This document shows positions 50,901-62,342 of a stretch of DNA of 64,000 nt, one piece after another (position 1 is the stretch's first letter; each line of letters starts with the position of its first letter). The DNA lies in NCBI GenBank assembly GCA_002633005.1, contig NMRA01000883.1, positions 7,929 through 71,928 of the forward strand, read 5' to 3'. This DNA comes from Phoronis australis. Taxonomy: Eukaryota; Animalia; Phoronida. The notes beneath the pieces are model-generated. The model was not told where the DNA came from. It did not search any database and worked only from the letters and a program-made list of their open reading frames with translations. The position numbers and the translations under genes were made by a program.

Positions 50901-52891
50901 TCCGGGAAGGACTGGCAACTGTCAGAGGGTCTGTGTGGCCTATATGACAACGACTGCTCCAATGATCTTATTCCAAGAGGATCCCAGACCTTGCCATCAG
51001 GTTACCACACAGGTTGTGGATATCTATACCCGTATCACCCTGAAGTTTTTACTGAGAGCTGGAGGTGAGGTGCTAACGTGGAAAAAAATCTTTCTGAAGT
51101 GTATTGCATTCGCGTCAGATATCGCAGTACTGTTTTGGAGCCCTCTAGCGCTCGCTTCGTACACAGCTTCGAATAGTGCTTGGTCATTATCCACATACTT
51201 GTCAAGGTAATCCACTTTGTAATTAAATTCTTCGACTAATTGGAATCCACAAGGTTTTTTACATTGCTCTATGTTTTATTTTTCGTTTCAACACTTTGCC
51301 TGATCTTTGGTTCACAAGTTTGTCGATAACAGATTGCAAATTCCTTTCTGTCCTGAGAAATTTGATGTCACCTAAGACAAGAGTACATGTAGGCAGACTT
51401 TATAGCATTTGGATACACCTGACGCACTGTATTGGCTGTTGCGATTTTGTAAATCTCTACAAAAGTCACAAGCAAGGACAAGCCCAAATCTAGGGGTGGG
51501 AATGAATGTCTGCTTCTCGTTAATCACGGAACCTTTTCCTTTACTTCCATTCTCAGCGTACTTTGCAGGAAAAGGTTCAAAATGTGCTCACATTTCTAGT
51601 ACGCAAATATGCTTGCCATTGTCGTGTGAGCCGAGTCAGTCACGGTGTCCCCTAAAGATTTATCCGTGTCCAGGAAGAAATTCAACCACCTTTTCAGAAT
51701 TGTTAACATACAGTCTCAGTGTGTATAATGATACATGTAGGGCTCTACCCACATTCAATACCTCGACACGTTTAATGTGCACAATGGTGACAACTCGATG
51801 ACTTCCGCTGTTTTTGACCTGCTTCAATCCTCCACTGTAATAGTACAGTCGTAAAAGCCGCCCGAAGAAAAAACATGATAGACAGGTGTTGGTTTTCAAG
51901 TTAAAACAAAAATATTTTCACGCACTCGTAACTCGTTATACAACGCAATATCAAATTTTTCAATTTGACGGGAAATGTCCAGCGTCCTAAATGAACGTTT
52001 TGTTTACGGAAAGTGCTACTGTTGGTCTTGAAATAATTAACAACCTTTCTGGGCAATTTTCTTAAGCCTTGTCAGGTTTAAGCCTATTTCGCCGCTGTAT
52101 CTTCCCATTTCAGTAGCTTCACATGAGCACATTGAATGGCACCCAAATTTAAGCATGGTCGTCAACGGAGCATTTTTGTTTAACCACGTTTGAGAAAATG
52201 TTTAAACAAAAATGCTCCGTTGAGAAAATGTTTCGTACAATTATCGTGCATCACTTACTACTTCTTGCGAAACCGTTTGACAATATACGGTGGTTGGCAC
52301 GGGCAGGTTAGAGATTACAAGGTTAGTCAAATGTTCAAGGTTGGAGAAATTATCCCCTAAAACATTTTGCTATGGCTCTATTGGCCACTTTGTTTTTCAT
52401 TGTGCACGTCCCACATCTTTGAATTCCGTGGTTTCAGGCTCTGATTGCAATCCCCGATCCCAAAAGATAATTATGGAGTCAGCAGGACCATTGGCTAATT
52501 GGATATTCTATTCTTAGGGTGGGGAAGGACAGAAGTATTCTATATTGGAATTCAGAGATATTTAAAGTCGACTCGCGTTTAAGTGATTTTGGTGGCCACG
52601 TGTACTGTACGTGCGGTGAAGACGGCGTTGTTGACTTTGGTACTCAATGCAAAATTGGAGGAGATGTGCCGGTGTGCGACCCAAAGGCATACCAGAGGGA
52701 TGTTTCAGACAGTAGATTTGAAGCGTGCCGCCGACGAAGAGACACGACCTGGCACGATCACTTAGACTTTCTAGATTACGACGAAAGTGATTACTTTTTG
52801 GTGGCCCAGCCCCGTGCAGACGATGATGTTACTTTCCACAATCATTTCCAGGTAAGTTGACAAACGGAATTATTGTTGTCAAAAAACACAC

Positions 52892-52950
<59 letters not shown>

Positions 52951-55900
52951 AGTAGGAAGGTGGTTGTGTATGTTTGTGAGTGTGTGTGTTTGTGTGTTTG
53001 TTTGTTTGTGTGTATGTGTGTGTGTGTGTTCATGCTGGTACATGTATATGTGTGTGTACCAAAATTTTGTCTTTGTTTATGTAGTACATGCTCGACGAAG
53101 TCGCTGCTAGCGAGAATGTACGTGATTTCAACTCTTGCGATGAAAGCGGATTTATGTGATTTATAAATTGGCAGTAGATCTGCTATACATGTAGTGCCTT
53201 CCACAATACGAATTGCCCCAGAACAAGTTGTAACGAGTTGTCATTCTGTTTAATAGTGGTGTGGACGCTATTTGCCCTGGAACAGCTTTACCCCTCAGTG
53301 ACAACTTTCCCCTCCTTTTCGAAGTAGCATATAAACAACTTTTCCTAGGGCTACTTTTCAAACCCAAATCGTCGTGTGGACTCAAACCTGCAGACAATCG
53401 CGATGTAATTACTAACTACGCGCTTGCGCAGGTACACACATATGGTTGCTGTCCAATGATCCTTGGTACAATTTGTATCGCGGAAAGAGGGAAGTTGGTC
53501 AATGATAAAAAGTTCTAGATAAACTCGTAATTTGAATTTCTCTTAATGTGAGGCAGGTTGTGTAAAATATCAGGCACTTGGTTGCAATTTCAGGATATTT
53601 TGTATTGTTCAACGTGCAATTTCGTGTGGTTTTTATACATCAACTTGAAATGGTTTATTCACAAAAGTGGCAGGTGGTTTGATTCGCTTTTAATACATTT
53701 TACAGACAATTGCCAACCTCCTGGAAGTTCTTCCCTGTCAATAGCTGTGCTGACGTGAAAATTTAAGCCAATCACACATATACATGTAGGTTCTGTCTCA
53801 AACATTTCTGCAACTACATGTTTGTCATTTCACAGTCATATTATCAGTGAGTATTCAAAAGTCGCGACTCCGACGTGATAATTTTTGATCGTCACTGTGC
53901 AATGGGAACCAGCAGAAGTGTAACATGCCGATAGCTGAGCTGACAGCTCACGCCAAGACGGCAATTGAATGGCATAGTGACTAATTCATCCAATTGTTTT
54001 CTACTCGGCGTGACCTGACTCCTCAACTTTCGTTCAGTTAATGCACAGAGTTCAGAATGTTGCGCCACGTCTGCAATGGCCGGCATCGCAGATTTTTGTT
54101 CTTGGGATATCATGGCAGTGAATTTCAGGTGGTAATGAATGAGGGTTTGTTGATTTCAGCGTCGATTAAAAAGATCCACTCAATATACCAATGAAACAGC
54201 TCACGCCTTCTGCCACAAGTACATCTTTGATACAGAGGCAGGAAAAAGATGCAGCGAACTTAATGTCGAGACAGATGCACCGATTGAATCATGTACTTTA
54301 GATCTCGTGGTACGGCCTGCATTTTTACTTATTACAGTTTGCACTTGATTCACCTGGTCAAACTCAGGCAACTGATTGGTTTTCGATGACGATCTGCCTA
54401 CAGACCAATTACACGTAGATGTCTTAGACGATTGAGCCGGACGTACGGCCAATAAAAATGTGTTTCCGTAGGGTTTAAAGAGCATATTATTGAATATTTC
54501 GAGATGTACTCATCTTTCTGGGGGAACTGCACCAACCAACGTGAATATTACAAGGCTTTCGATAAAACGTTTAATGTTAAAGAAAAACTTTTACCTTGTG
54601 TTTTAAAAGTAGGCTTTGTGCACGTTTTCAGAATGTTTCTGTGCTTAATGTACATGTATGTTGTATGTAACGCAAAACAAATCTTCTATTTGTGATTCGT
54701 CTATAACGGGTATTTTGCACAGAAACCTGGAGTAAATTTGTAAGGAACTTGTTTTTTGAAATAAGGGTAATAAATTTTGTTAACATGAGTTATCCATGTG
54801 CTTTCAGGCCACCAATGACCCTAACTGGGCGTCCGCAGCGCTGGACACTATCAAACATCAATGCACGGCGGAACTGGATAAAAACACCACACGCTGGGTA
54901 CAGGCGTCTGGCTCCAATTTCACTGTTCCTCCACCGGATATAGAGGGCGTTTTATGTTTCAACGAATGCAACAATAATGGGGACTGTGTCAATGGTAGGT
55001 GTGGAGTTTAATGTCGCACGTTTGCAAATGTCTCACGCCTAATTATAATCGACAAACCAACTAAAAAGTAGATAGTCTCCCAATCAGAGTGAATAACAAT
55101 TCATCACGCAGACTATTGTAGTTGAACTAGGTTCCCAAAATGTCGGCGACACCATGCAGTGTGCAGAATTCTGTACTCTGTTAAAAATCATACTTTCATA
55201 AGAACTTACTATAATGCTGCACTCTACTGATGATCGAAGGTTATGCGCGTGCGTAGTGATCAGGCTGTACAAGACGTGGTCGAGGACTTGACACCTGGAT
55301 GGGTTGTGGCTATTTCAAGAACCCCGCATGAAATGACAGTGTAAGACCGGAATGGATTGCGTGGGAACTGAACGGTTGTTGAATTCTTGTGGAAATTTAA
55401 GAAGCTTACAACATTGTTATTCACTTTGGTGAGCTTATCCCTCCAATAAAACCTTACAGAGTAAGGTATTCGTCTTCAAGTCCATTTATGCAATGGGAGC
55501 TGATCATTTCACATTTCGATTCACTTTCCAACCATCATCTTGGTGCTGTTCTCTTCAAGTTTGTTTTCACATGACTTGCTCAATCGCAGTTGGATTCTGC
55601 GCTTTCGTGACAACACAGATTCTCCAACATCACAAAGTACACTGTACGTCACAAGCGGCACTGGTTTAGCGTCCATGAGTGAAGGAACAAGGTCAATGAC
55701 ATTTGATTGACACTTATTTGGAGATTTTCAAGACATGCTTCCTCAGTTTTGTATGTGAATGCAAGGGCACGCTTTTTGTGATCTCTTTCTTCCCAGATCG
55801 AACACGGCTATTCGTTTCAGTGTATAACGTGCGGTAATTTCGGATTCATTGGCCTTGTATACATGTACAAGTACGTCTTATTCGTCTCATACGGGTCTGA

Positions 55901-58900
55901 CGACAGTAACGGGAGGTCTCCTAAACTGTACACCTTAACATAACTTCAGTGTAGACTATTACACCTTCTGTTTACCGTAGGCTCGTGCTCGTGCTTCGAA
56001 GGTTTCGCAGGCCCCGATTGTTCCATCAACACCACTGCTTCCCCAATACTGTTCTACACACCCATATGTGACAGGAAGACGCGTCTGTGCCGAACAAATC
56101 CTGTCATTGGGGACAATTTCTTGGAAGGCGACAACTTGACATGCCACTTTAACGAGCAAAAGGTATGACTTGTACTCTATTAACCAAAACATCATTTGGC
56201 GTAAAATGATACACAGTGCTGTAAAAACGTTTGATGAGCTTCGTTTAGTAGTCCCAGGATAATTACGGCGACAATTGTTTGCTTACGGAATGGAAAGAGT
56301 GATTTCTTGCCTTTTATTTAAGATGTCACTCTCATCGACCAATTACACCAGCTGCCGCCATTCTGCTAGAAAAGGCTAGAAACCCCCAAAGAATAGTCGG
56401 GAAACGTTCTTTCACTGATATCATTTTGTCTGGCCTTGCGCAATCTTGATGTTTGACGAGATTATGTTGTTTACGGAACGCTCATTTGCTTGTTGCGTAC
56501 CGTAAACAATGCTGTTCAAATAATGAAGAGCATTAGTCGAATGCCACTGTTGTCAAAAATGTATAGATACACCAGTTAATTACATAAAGGCACTAGTTCG
56601 TTCAATTTTATTTATAAGCGTGGAAACTACATTTGTGGGGTGTCTGTTTTCGCCACATACGCTTCCTACTATTATTCCTCCACAAATGCATGTCATGCTA
56701 CTTGTGGGTGGTAAGGAGTGAATGCATGGATACATAGGTCTATCTTGCTTTCCAAATAGATCAACTCCACGGGAATGGTGACCGTCACCAACTCTAGTAT
56801 TTCAAAGACTGCTAAGTTTGAGAGTTATGCCGAAGTCACGTGCCCAATCCCTGAAGCCCACGAGCTCGCCGACCAGTCCCGTGAAACTTACGAACCGATC
56901 GCGTATAAAGTGCATGTTAGCAACGATGGAGTACTGAAGAGCAGATATGGGGTACTGCTTGTATTCAACTCCGTTTGTTATACGTGTAACATCAACACGA
57001 CAACATGTGTGGAAAATGTAAGTTGACAAACTTGGTTATATCATCTTAATTGAGGGATTACATCAACAGCAATATACGGGCGCCATGCATAAAACTAACA
57101 GAATAAGAATGTGATCTAGTGAATTAAAGCGGATAACAATGAGGTTAGGCTTGGCTGTTGTTCCAAGTTGAACTTGCGCCACGCTTTGCTATAAAATGAT
57201 CTACATCTCTGATTGGCGTACATCCTAGGGGGATTGGGTATCGATAGAGTGTCAGATGTACCATAGTAACACGATATTACCTGTGTGCATGTCAACATCC
57301 ATAATCCAGTGCTCATCAAATCCATTGTCAATTTTAGATATCATATTATATCTTCAATTTAGTGATTTTCATATTTCCATGGATACATTTTCCAGTTTGA
57401 ATCAGATTGCCATCAGTACCATTATTACACGCCAACCATTATTACACGCCAACAAGTATACAGTGTGTGATGGCGATATGACGTGCAGGTGTTCTTGTTA
57501 GAAAAATGTAAGTTTACATCGTTATCACTTCCGAAAACTTATTAATTAACCGTTATTTTGAGTTGCAAATCCATGGACTAACTTACTCATGTATTGGCTG
57601 GCTCAACTTCTTACACCTTAATCATACGTAACCCAGGTAACGGTGAAAACGAGGTAAAAGCGGCAAACCAAGATGGCCGAGTCGCATTACTGAGTTCTTT
57701 TGTGTACGAATGATGCGAGATACGGCATAGAGTTATCTTTTCTCAAATTTTAAACAGAGCAGGAGCAGAAACGCAACCAGTGGGTAATAAATTTACGTCG
57801 GAATTTGTGGTGTTAATACTTTCAGGTAAGTCGCGAAGAAAAATATCGCGTTTCAATTTCGTAGTAAGGAACACTGATCACTAGCAAGACAACTGTGAAC
57901 TGTGCAGTCAGGTCACTCGCACACCTTACTTTTAAAATATTTAGAATATCCATATTTTCGCACAAAAACATGGAAATTGTGCCAATTTGCTTTTTTGTAG
58001 CAGCGTGCATCAAAATTTTTCAAAGTTAAATCTTCACCGATTGCAAAGTAGCCGGTTGAGCATGCCTTTCAGTTGAGCAAAAGTCGCCATGTTGTTGGTA
58101 CCGCCAACGGGTTTTGTGAGCACTTCTATCACTCAATAAAATGAAATCTGGTGAAAACTGTTGAATCGCGTAGAACAGTAGGTAAAGCATTTAATTTTAC
58201 CATAATTTTTTGGTTTTAAGCAGTTTTAAACTCGTTACGTATGCCGTTCTCGTCCAAGATGTCCAATCTGATTCACAAAAATTGCAATAACGTTGCACTG
58301 CTTAACCCGATTTTGATAATTTTTCGATTTTTATTGAGTGGGATGCTTTGTGTTTCCGATGTTATCGAAGTATTTTTTTAAAACTAAAGAATAACGGTTC
58401 GATCGCCCTATCAGTAGTCAAAACTACACAGCAGCCTTGTCTCCAAGCCTACAGATGGCGCTGATCGGTTTAGCCATGTGAGGAAAATACCTTCTACTGG
58501 ACGGGGGTCGCAATGATTGGCCGCTGCCTTGACGTCAATGGAACAAATTCATTAGTCGTTGTTGCTGCCATTCATGAAGGAGAAGGCATTGCTTTGGCAT
58601 TGTTGGAAATAAAAGTTGTTGGCGTATATATTTTTGATTCATTTTTATTAAGATATAGGAATTAATCTGTTTCCCAATCAAAATATATCATTTCTGCAAT
58701 AAGACCTAAATTGTTACACTATTCCCTTGTTTTAAATTTTGGTATTATACTTCAGAAAATATAAAAATTGATACAATTTCATATTACTCGTGATATTACG
58801 CCGATTTCCGTAAAAATATGTCAGAATACTGACACATTGATTTCCTCTGACCAAGCATCAAATGGCTAACCACTTCAGCGCCATCTTCATGCTTCGGGAC

Positions 58901-61900
58901 GAGACTGCACTATAGAGCTACCTACAAGGTTTCGGCCAGAGTAAATTTCATCAAACGTGTTGTCAAAAATATCTGTGTGTGGCTGTGTCGTCCACAGGTA
59001 TGCTACTGCTTCATGAGGGCAGCTTCAACTCATAACAAATCGTCAATCGCTGCTTTGTTCATTCGATTCACCTCTGTTCTACTTACAGTACATTAGTCAT
59101 TACCCGGTACGGTTGTACAGAGATGTGCTATGGATTAAAATGCATTGTTACTTTCAACATCCTCTATTTATCCCTCTATGAAGTTGCTGTAAACTTTCTG
59201 CGTTGGGAAATTCCCCGTTGGTCCACCTGCCCACGATAGCATGCGTTAGTCTGGGGGTAGTCGCTCAAAATTCTACTCCAGCCTCCCGTGGTCATATCGT
59301 TTGTTTGCCGCTTTTACCTCGTCCTCACTCCAAAATGGAGGCTGTGTAATGAATAAAAAATAACCATGTCACCATTTGCTGCTCCTGGTCTGGTTGGTTT
59401 CGATTGCAACTTCCATTATGCCAATCAGATGCCTTAGACAATTGACCCGGTGTAACCAAGCAAAGTCAATGCAATTTAGCCACTAGTTCCTTGCTTGTGT
59501 GGGAAAACATGTTTCGTGCACAGTGCCTTCCATTTACAGATGAGCTCGTGCATCATTGATGGAGCTTGCTACGCATCTAACCAGACCGATCCTCTGAACG
59601 ACTGCAACATCTGTGACCCAAGCCAGAACCGATCATCCTGGTCGCATTCTCCTACTGCCTGTATTATCGAAGGCCAGTGTTATCCGTCCAATCAGCGACA
59701 CCCATCAGACTTGTGCAAAGTCTGTGATCCAACCGTAGCAGCAACCAAATGGTCCGTGGTAGAGCAGTCACCTGAAGTCTGCTTCATCGATGGTGCTTGT
59801 TATGTACACAACCAGACTCATCCGAACGAGGCTTGCAAGATTTGTAATTCGTCCGAGACCCAGAAAAATTGGACCATTTATTGCGGTAGTGTATGGTTAC
59901 TATTCAGAATTTATGCTAAACAAAATGAAAATTCCCTCGGATGTTGTTCTGTCGTGAAGGTCTATTGCTTGGTTGGGAATCTGCAGGCAACACCCAACTC
60001 TGCAAAGAATAGATGATTGTCATTTTTGTGCACCCTGTGGCGACCATTTTTCGGATTTTCGCTTTTCAGCGAAATAAACGCGTTTTCCCTTAAAAGAAAT
60101 GAAATTTGGTGTTCAAACAGATGCAGGAAGCACTACTATAGCAGGTTTGTCTTTGCGACTGATATTGTTTCCAGCTATTCGAGAGGCTGACTGATCTTTT
60201 TTGTTGAATGATTATTTTTTCTAAAATTCCTTTTCCCTCACACAGTGTTTCCATACTTGTTTTCATCGTCCCTTTCATCATCGTCGCTGCCGTCGTAATA
60301 ACAGTCAGTAAGGTCTTTTAGTTTAGAATTTCATGAAAAATGTTATTGCTTATGCACGAGTCCTAAATATCTAAGCCATTTTTGTCGGCGTTGTTGGTGG
60401 CAGCATACAGTTGTTGGCATCGACGTCGTTAGGAGTGATGGCATCGCTGATACTGGCGGCATGTGCTTTGTCGTCGATGTTAAAAACACAGGTGCATTGG
60501 CCATCATAGTCGGTTTCAATAAACTGCGACGATTTAAGGTATACTATTAATCTTAAAACGGGTTATTCCTTAGAATATGGATCTTGATATTGGTATCAAA
60601 TTCATTGTGACACTCATTTTCAATGAGAGCTCAAACGGAGGTCCTCGACAAGGGTACAAGTCATAACATATTGTTCTGTTTCTGAATAGCTTTTATACAG
60701 TGGAAATACTGAGCAAAAGACAGTAGGCTTGAATTCTATGTCGGGACTGTCAACAATTCAGCCATACTACGTAGTAAGAACAAATGCATATACAAATTTG
60801 TTTCGCAAGAGAGTTCTGATAACGGCGGCGGTGGTGATGGTCAAAATGGATTTCTACTCGGTAAGTAATCGTCGGCATCACATCATTTAGTGGCTTTCAA
60901 ATAAACGCCGTTTTTGCATTTTCTTAATCAATCTCATGTAGCATATTTTCAAGTACCAAATATTTGTAATGCCAATTTTCAGACATCGACGAGTGCTCAA
61001 CTGGAATTTCAAGCTGTGGTCCAAATGCAACTTGCACCAACACGTATGGTTCCTACAGCTGCAGTTGTCTTGAAGGTTTTGAAGGCAGTGGCAGCAATTG
61101 TTTTGGTAAATTTTGCGGTACACGTACAGGTGCTACTAAATAAAATTTTAATATCCGTCTTTTTGAAAAATTGTTGAAAGTATTTATTTCATTTTCATAG
61201 TGTGACCAATCGTTGAATACGGTTGAAATTTAGGCTCCACGAAGAATAGATAAAATAGTAATCAATATTCCAAGAATGTCTTGTATTTCCGACAACAATG
61301 GTGTAGTGATCTTTTTTACCTCAAATGTTACGATACAAACACAATTAACTTGAAATAACAGTTCCCATCGATGCAATGCCAATCCACGATGACATTTCAG
61401 ATGTGAATGAATGTCATACCGGAAGTGCAACATGTAATCCAAATAGTACGTGTACCAACATCGTTGGTTCTTACAACTGCAGTTGTTGGGAAGGCTTTGA
61501 GGGCAATGGGACGGTCTGCTCTGGTAATGTGTTTTGGTTAAATAATAATAATTTTGACATGAAGTTACATGTAGTTTAGCGCGATCCTAACCTGATTTGC
61601 ATTGTTATATATTGGATACCAGAAAGTACATTATTTGCTGAAAACATCTGTTTTGTATGGTTACGTGCCATGAATAAATTTCTAAAGGGAAATCCATGAA
61701 GTGTGTGTCTACACGTAGCAATGACCATCATCGACACCTTTACAGATATTGATGAATGCCATTCCGGATCTACAACTTGTGACGCGTATGCTACATGTAC
61801 CAACGTCATGGGTTCATACACCTGCAGCTGTCGTGAAGGCTTTGAGGGCAATGGAACGGTCTGCTCAGGTGATGTGTTTTGGTTAAATAACAGTGATTTT

Positions 61901-62342
61901 AAAATTAAGTTAGTTTAGCGCAATCCCAACGTTATTTGGATTCGTATACCTATGTCTATATCTATATCTATATATCTAAGGATATTATTTGTCGAAAAAG
62001 TAGTAGTCCATAGTGAAGTGTCGTTAATAACTTTCTAAAAAAAATCCGTGAATTAATTTTAGGAAAATTATTTCATCAAAGCTTTTATAGTGTACGTCCT
62101 TCACGGATGACGTTATGAGCATTTTGCAATCTCCCTTGGTGCTATATGCACCTGTGTAGTTTAAAATTTTGGAATTGTGTGCCTGCACGTAACAATGTCC
62201 ATCGTCGACACCTTTACAGATATTAATGAGTGCCATGCGGGAACTGCAACTTGTGACGCACATGCTACATGTACCAACATCGTTGGTTCTTACAACTGCA
62301 GCTGTCGGGAAGGCTTTGAGGGCAATGGGATGGTCTGCTCTG
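29812..62342 (+). CDS. VWDE: VWDE-like extracellular mosaic protein gene (CTL, MIB/HERC2, EGF, D8C, VWD, EGF, Cys repeats, 4x cbEGF); 5' and 3' ends not found
   Basis: 25 exons with AG acceptors and GT (one GC) donors, continuous reading frame from 35044 to 62342; D8C, CPPG..S.TGFTPGC, VWD and EGF order as in VWDE-family proteins. Confidence 0.8.
33001..33160. mobile_element. Palindromic (foldback) MITE
   Basis: GATTATTACA...TCTAGAGCAC..GTGGATTTT mirrored by AAAATCCAC..GTGCTCTAGA...TGTAATAATC. Confidence 0.7.
33225..33327 (+). CDS. Exon: C-type lectin middle part (WIG motif)
   Basis: TTTTAG|[34 protein letters not shown]; phase 0 fits the previous exon; probable donor AAG|GCAAGT. Confidence 0.6.
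34875..34916. repeat. (TG)n microsatellite
   Basis: Direct reading. Confidence 0.95.
35044..35147 (+). CDS. Exon: MIB/HERC2 domain, first half
   Basis: [35 protein letters not shown]; donor CAG|GTAAGC. Confidence 0.8.
36377..36533 (+). CDS. Exon: MIB/HERC2 domain, second half
   Basis: [10 protein letters not shown]...VRWD...[13 protein letters not shown]; CAG acceptor; donor CTG|GTAAGG. Confidence 0.85.
39450..39566 (+). CDS. Exon: calcium-binding EGF
   Basis: [39 protein letters not shown]; phase 1-1. Confidence 0.9.
41014..41172 (+). CDS. Exon: D8C (UMOD/GP2/OIT3-like) domain part 1
   Basis: [10 protein letters not shown]...RSAN...[10 protein letters not shown]; donor AAG|GTGAGT. Confidence 0.85.
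41164..41480 (+). repeat. 39-bp tandem repeat x8, each unit containing a 5' splice donor
   Basis: Unit TAAAGGAAGGTGAGTGGAAGATGATATTAATGAAATGTC, starting in the last codons of the exon. Confidence 0.95.
42368..42487 (+). CDS. Exon: D8C part 2
   Basis: GWYMF...[21 protein letters not shown]. Confidence 0.9.
42665..42832 (+). CDS. Exon: D8C part 3
   Basis: [12 protein letters not shown]...IKVKKC...[17 protein letters not shown]. Confidence 0.9.
43493..43555 (+). CDS. Exon: [21 protein letters not shown]
   Basis: Strong polypyrimidine acceptor; phase 1-1; VWDE-like motif. Confidence 0.85.
44024..44256 (+). CDS. Exon of VWDE-like gene
   Basis: TTTCAG acceptor; open frame to GYFGKQ; donor CAG|GTAGGT. 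Confidence 0.8.
45180..45266 (+). CDS. Exon of VWDE-like gene
   Basis: VLCKARYF...LLGIE; donor GAG|GTAAGT. Confidence 0.8.
46236..46508 (+). CDS. Exon of VWDE-like gene
   Basis: [14 protein letters not shown]...[29 protein letters not shown]. Confidence 0.85.
46701..46793 (+). CDS. Exon of VWDE-like gene
   Basis: KSHALRIL...[13 protein letters not shown]; donor AAG|GTAAGT. Confidence 0.85.
47469..47548 (+). CDS. Exon: VWD domain start
   Basis: [16 protein letters not shown] fits the C...GDPH..TFDG motif. Confidence 0.9.
47744..47807 (+). CDS. Exon: VWD
   Basis: [21 protein letters not shown]; phase 2-0 fits neighbours. Confidence 0.85.
48986..49216 (+). CDS. Exon: VWD
   Basis: VHAQYKSC...[19 protein letters not shown]...GGRRYV. 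Confidence 0.9.
49664..49899 (+). pseudogene. Second THAP-domain relic, homologous to 7830-8068
   Basis: CIYGGCSH...NRFVHRT...HFKESCFD; shares CCGAACGAG, TCGTGTTTCGAC and GTTACGATGAA with the first copy. Confidence 0.65.
49962..50242. repeat. 34-bp minisatellite, ~8.3 copies
   Basis: Unit GATCGAGTGATGCCAGTCATCCTACTCTGGCCCA, near-identical, no spacers. Confidence 0.95.
50826..51064 (+). CDS. Exon: VWD C-terminal part
   Basis: [16 protein letters not shown]...FTESWR fits the GLCG.F.G...ND...F..SW motif. Confidence 0.9.
52518..52851 (+). CDS. Exon of VWDE-like gene, with RRRR site
   Basis: VGKDRSILY...YCTC...ACRRRRDT...HNHFQ; donor CAG|GTAAGT. Confidence 0.85.
52886..53060. repeat. (TA)n/(TG)n compound microsatellite
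   Basis: Direct reading. Confidence 0.9.
54160..54309 (+). CDS. Exon of VWDE-like gene
   Basis: [18 protein letters not shown]...IESCTLDLV; phase 0-0. Confidence 0.8.
54808..54994 (+). CDS. Exon: ends in first half of an EGF domain
   Basis: ATNDPNWA...[15 protein letters not shown]. Confidence 0.9.
55981..56162 (+). CDS. Exon: second half of EGF and start of an Ig-like region
   Basis: [15 protein letters not shown]...CDRKTRLC...[14 protein letters not shown]. Confidence 0.9.
56760..57017 (+). CDS. Exon of VWDE-like gene
   Basis: [12 protein letters not shown]...VHVSNDG...VFNSVCYTC; donor AAT|GTAAGT. Confidence 0.9.
59540..59885 (+). CDS. Exon: three Cys-rich repeats (C.IDG.CY..NQ..P...C..CDP....W)
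   Basis: Three internal ~36-40-aa repeats; TTTACAG acceptor; phase-1 donor. Confidence 0.85.
60983..61105 (+). CDS. Exon: cbEGF 1
   Basis: [41 protein letters not shown]; 123 nt, phase 1-1. Confidence 0.9.
61401..61523 (+). CDS. Exon: cbEGF 2
   Basis: [41 protein letters not shown]. Confidence 0.9.
61746..61868 (+). CDS. Exon: cbEGF 3
   Basis: [41 protein letters not shown]. Confidence 0.9.
62220..62342 (+). CDS. Exon: cbEGF 4
   Basis: [41 protein letters not shown]. Confidence 0.9.

Noticed and set aside
52842-53204. Cys/Val- and His/Thr-rich ORFs
   Set aside because: Translations of (TG)n/(CA)n microsatellites; the same applies at ~6083, ~34746 and ~38314
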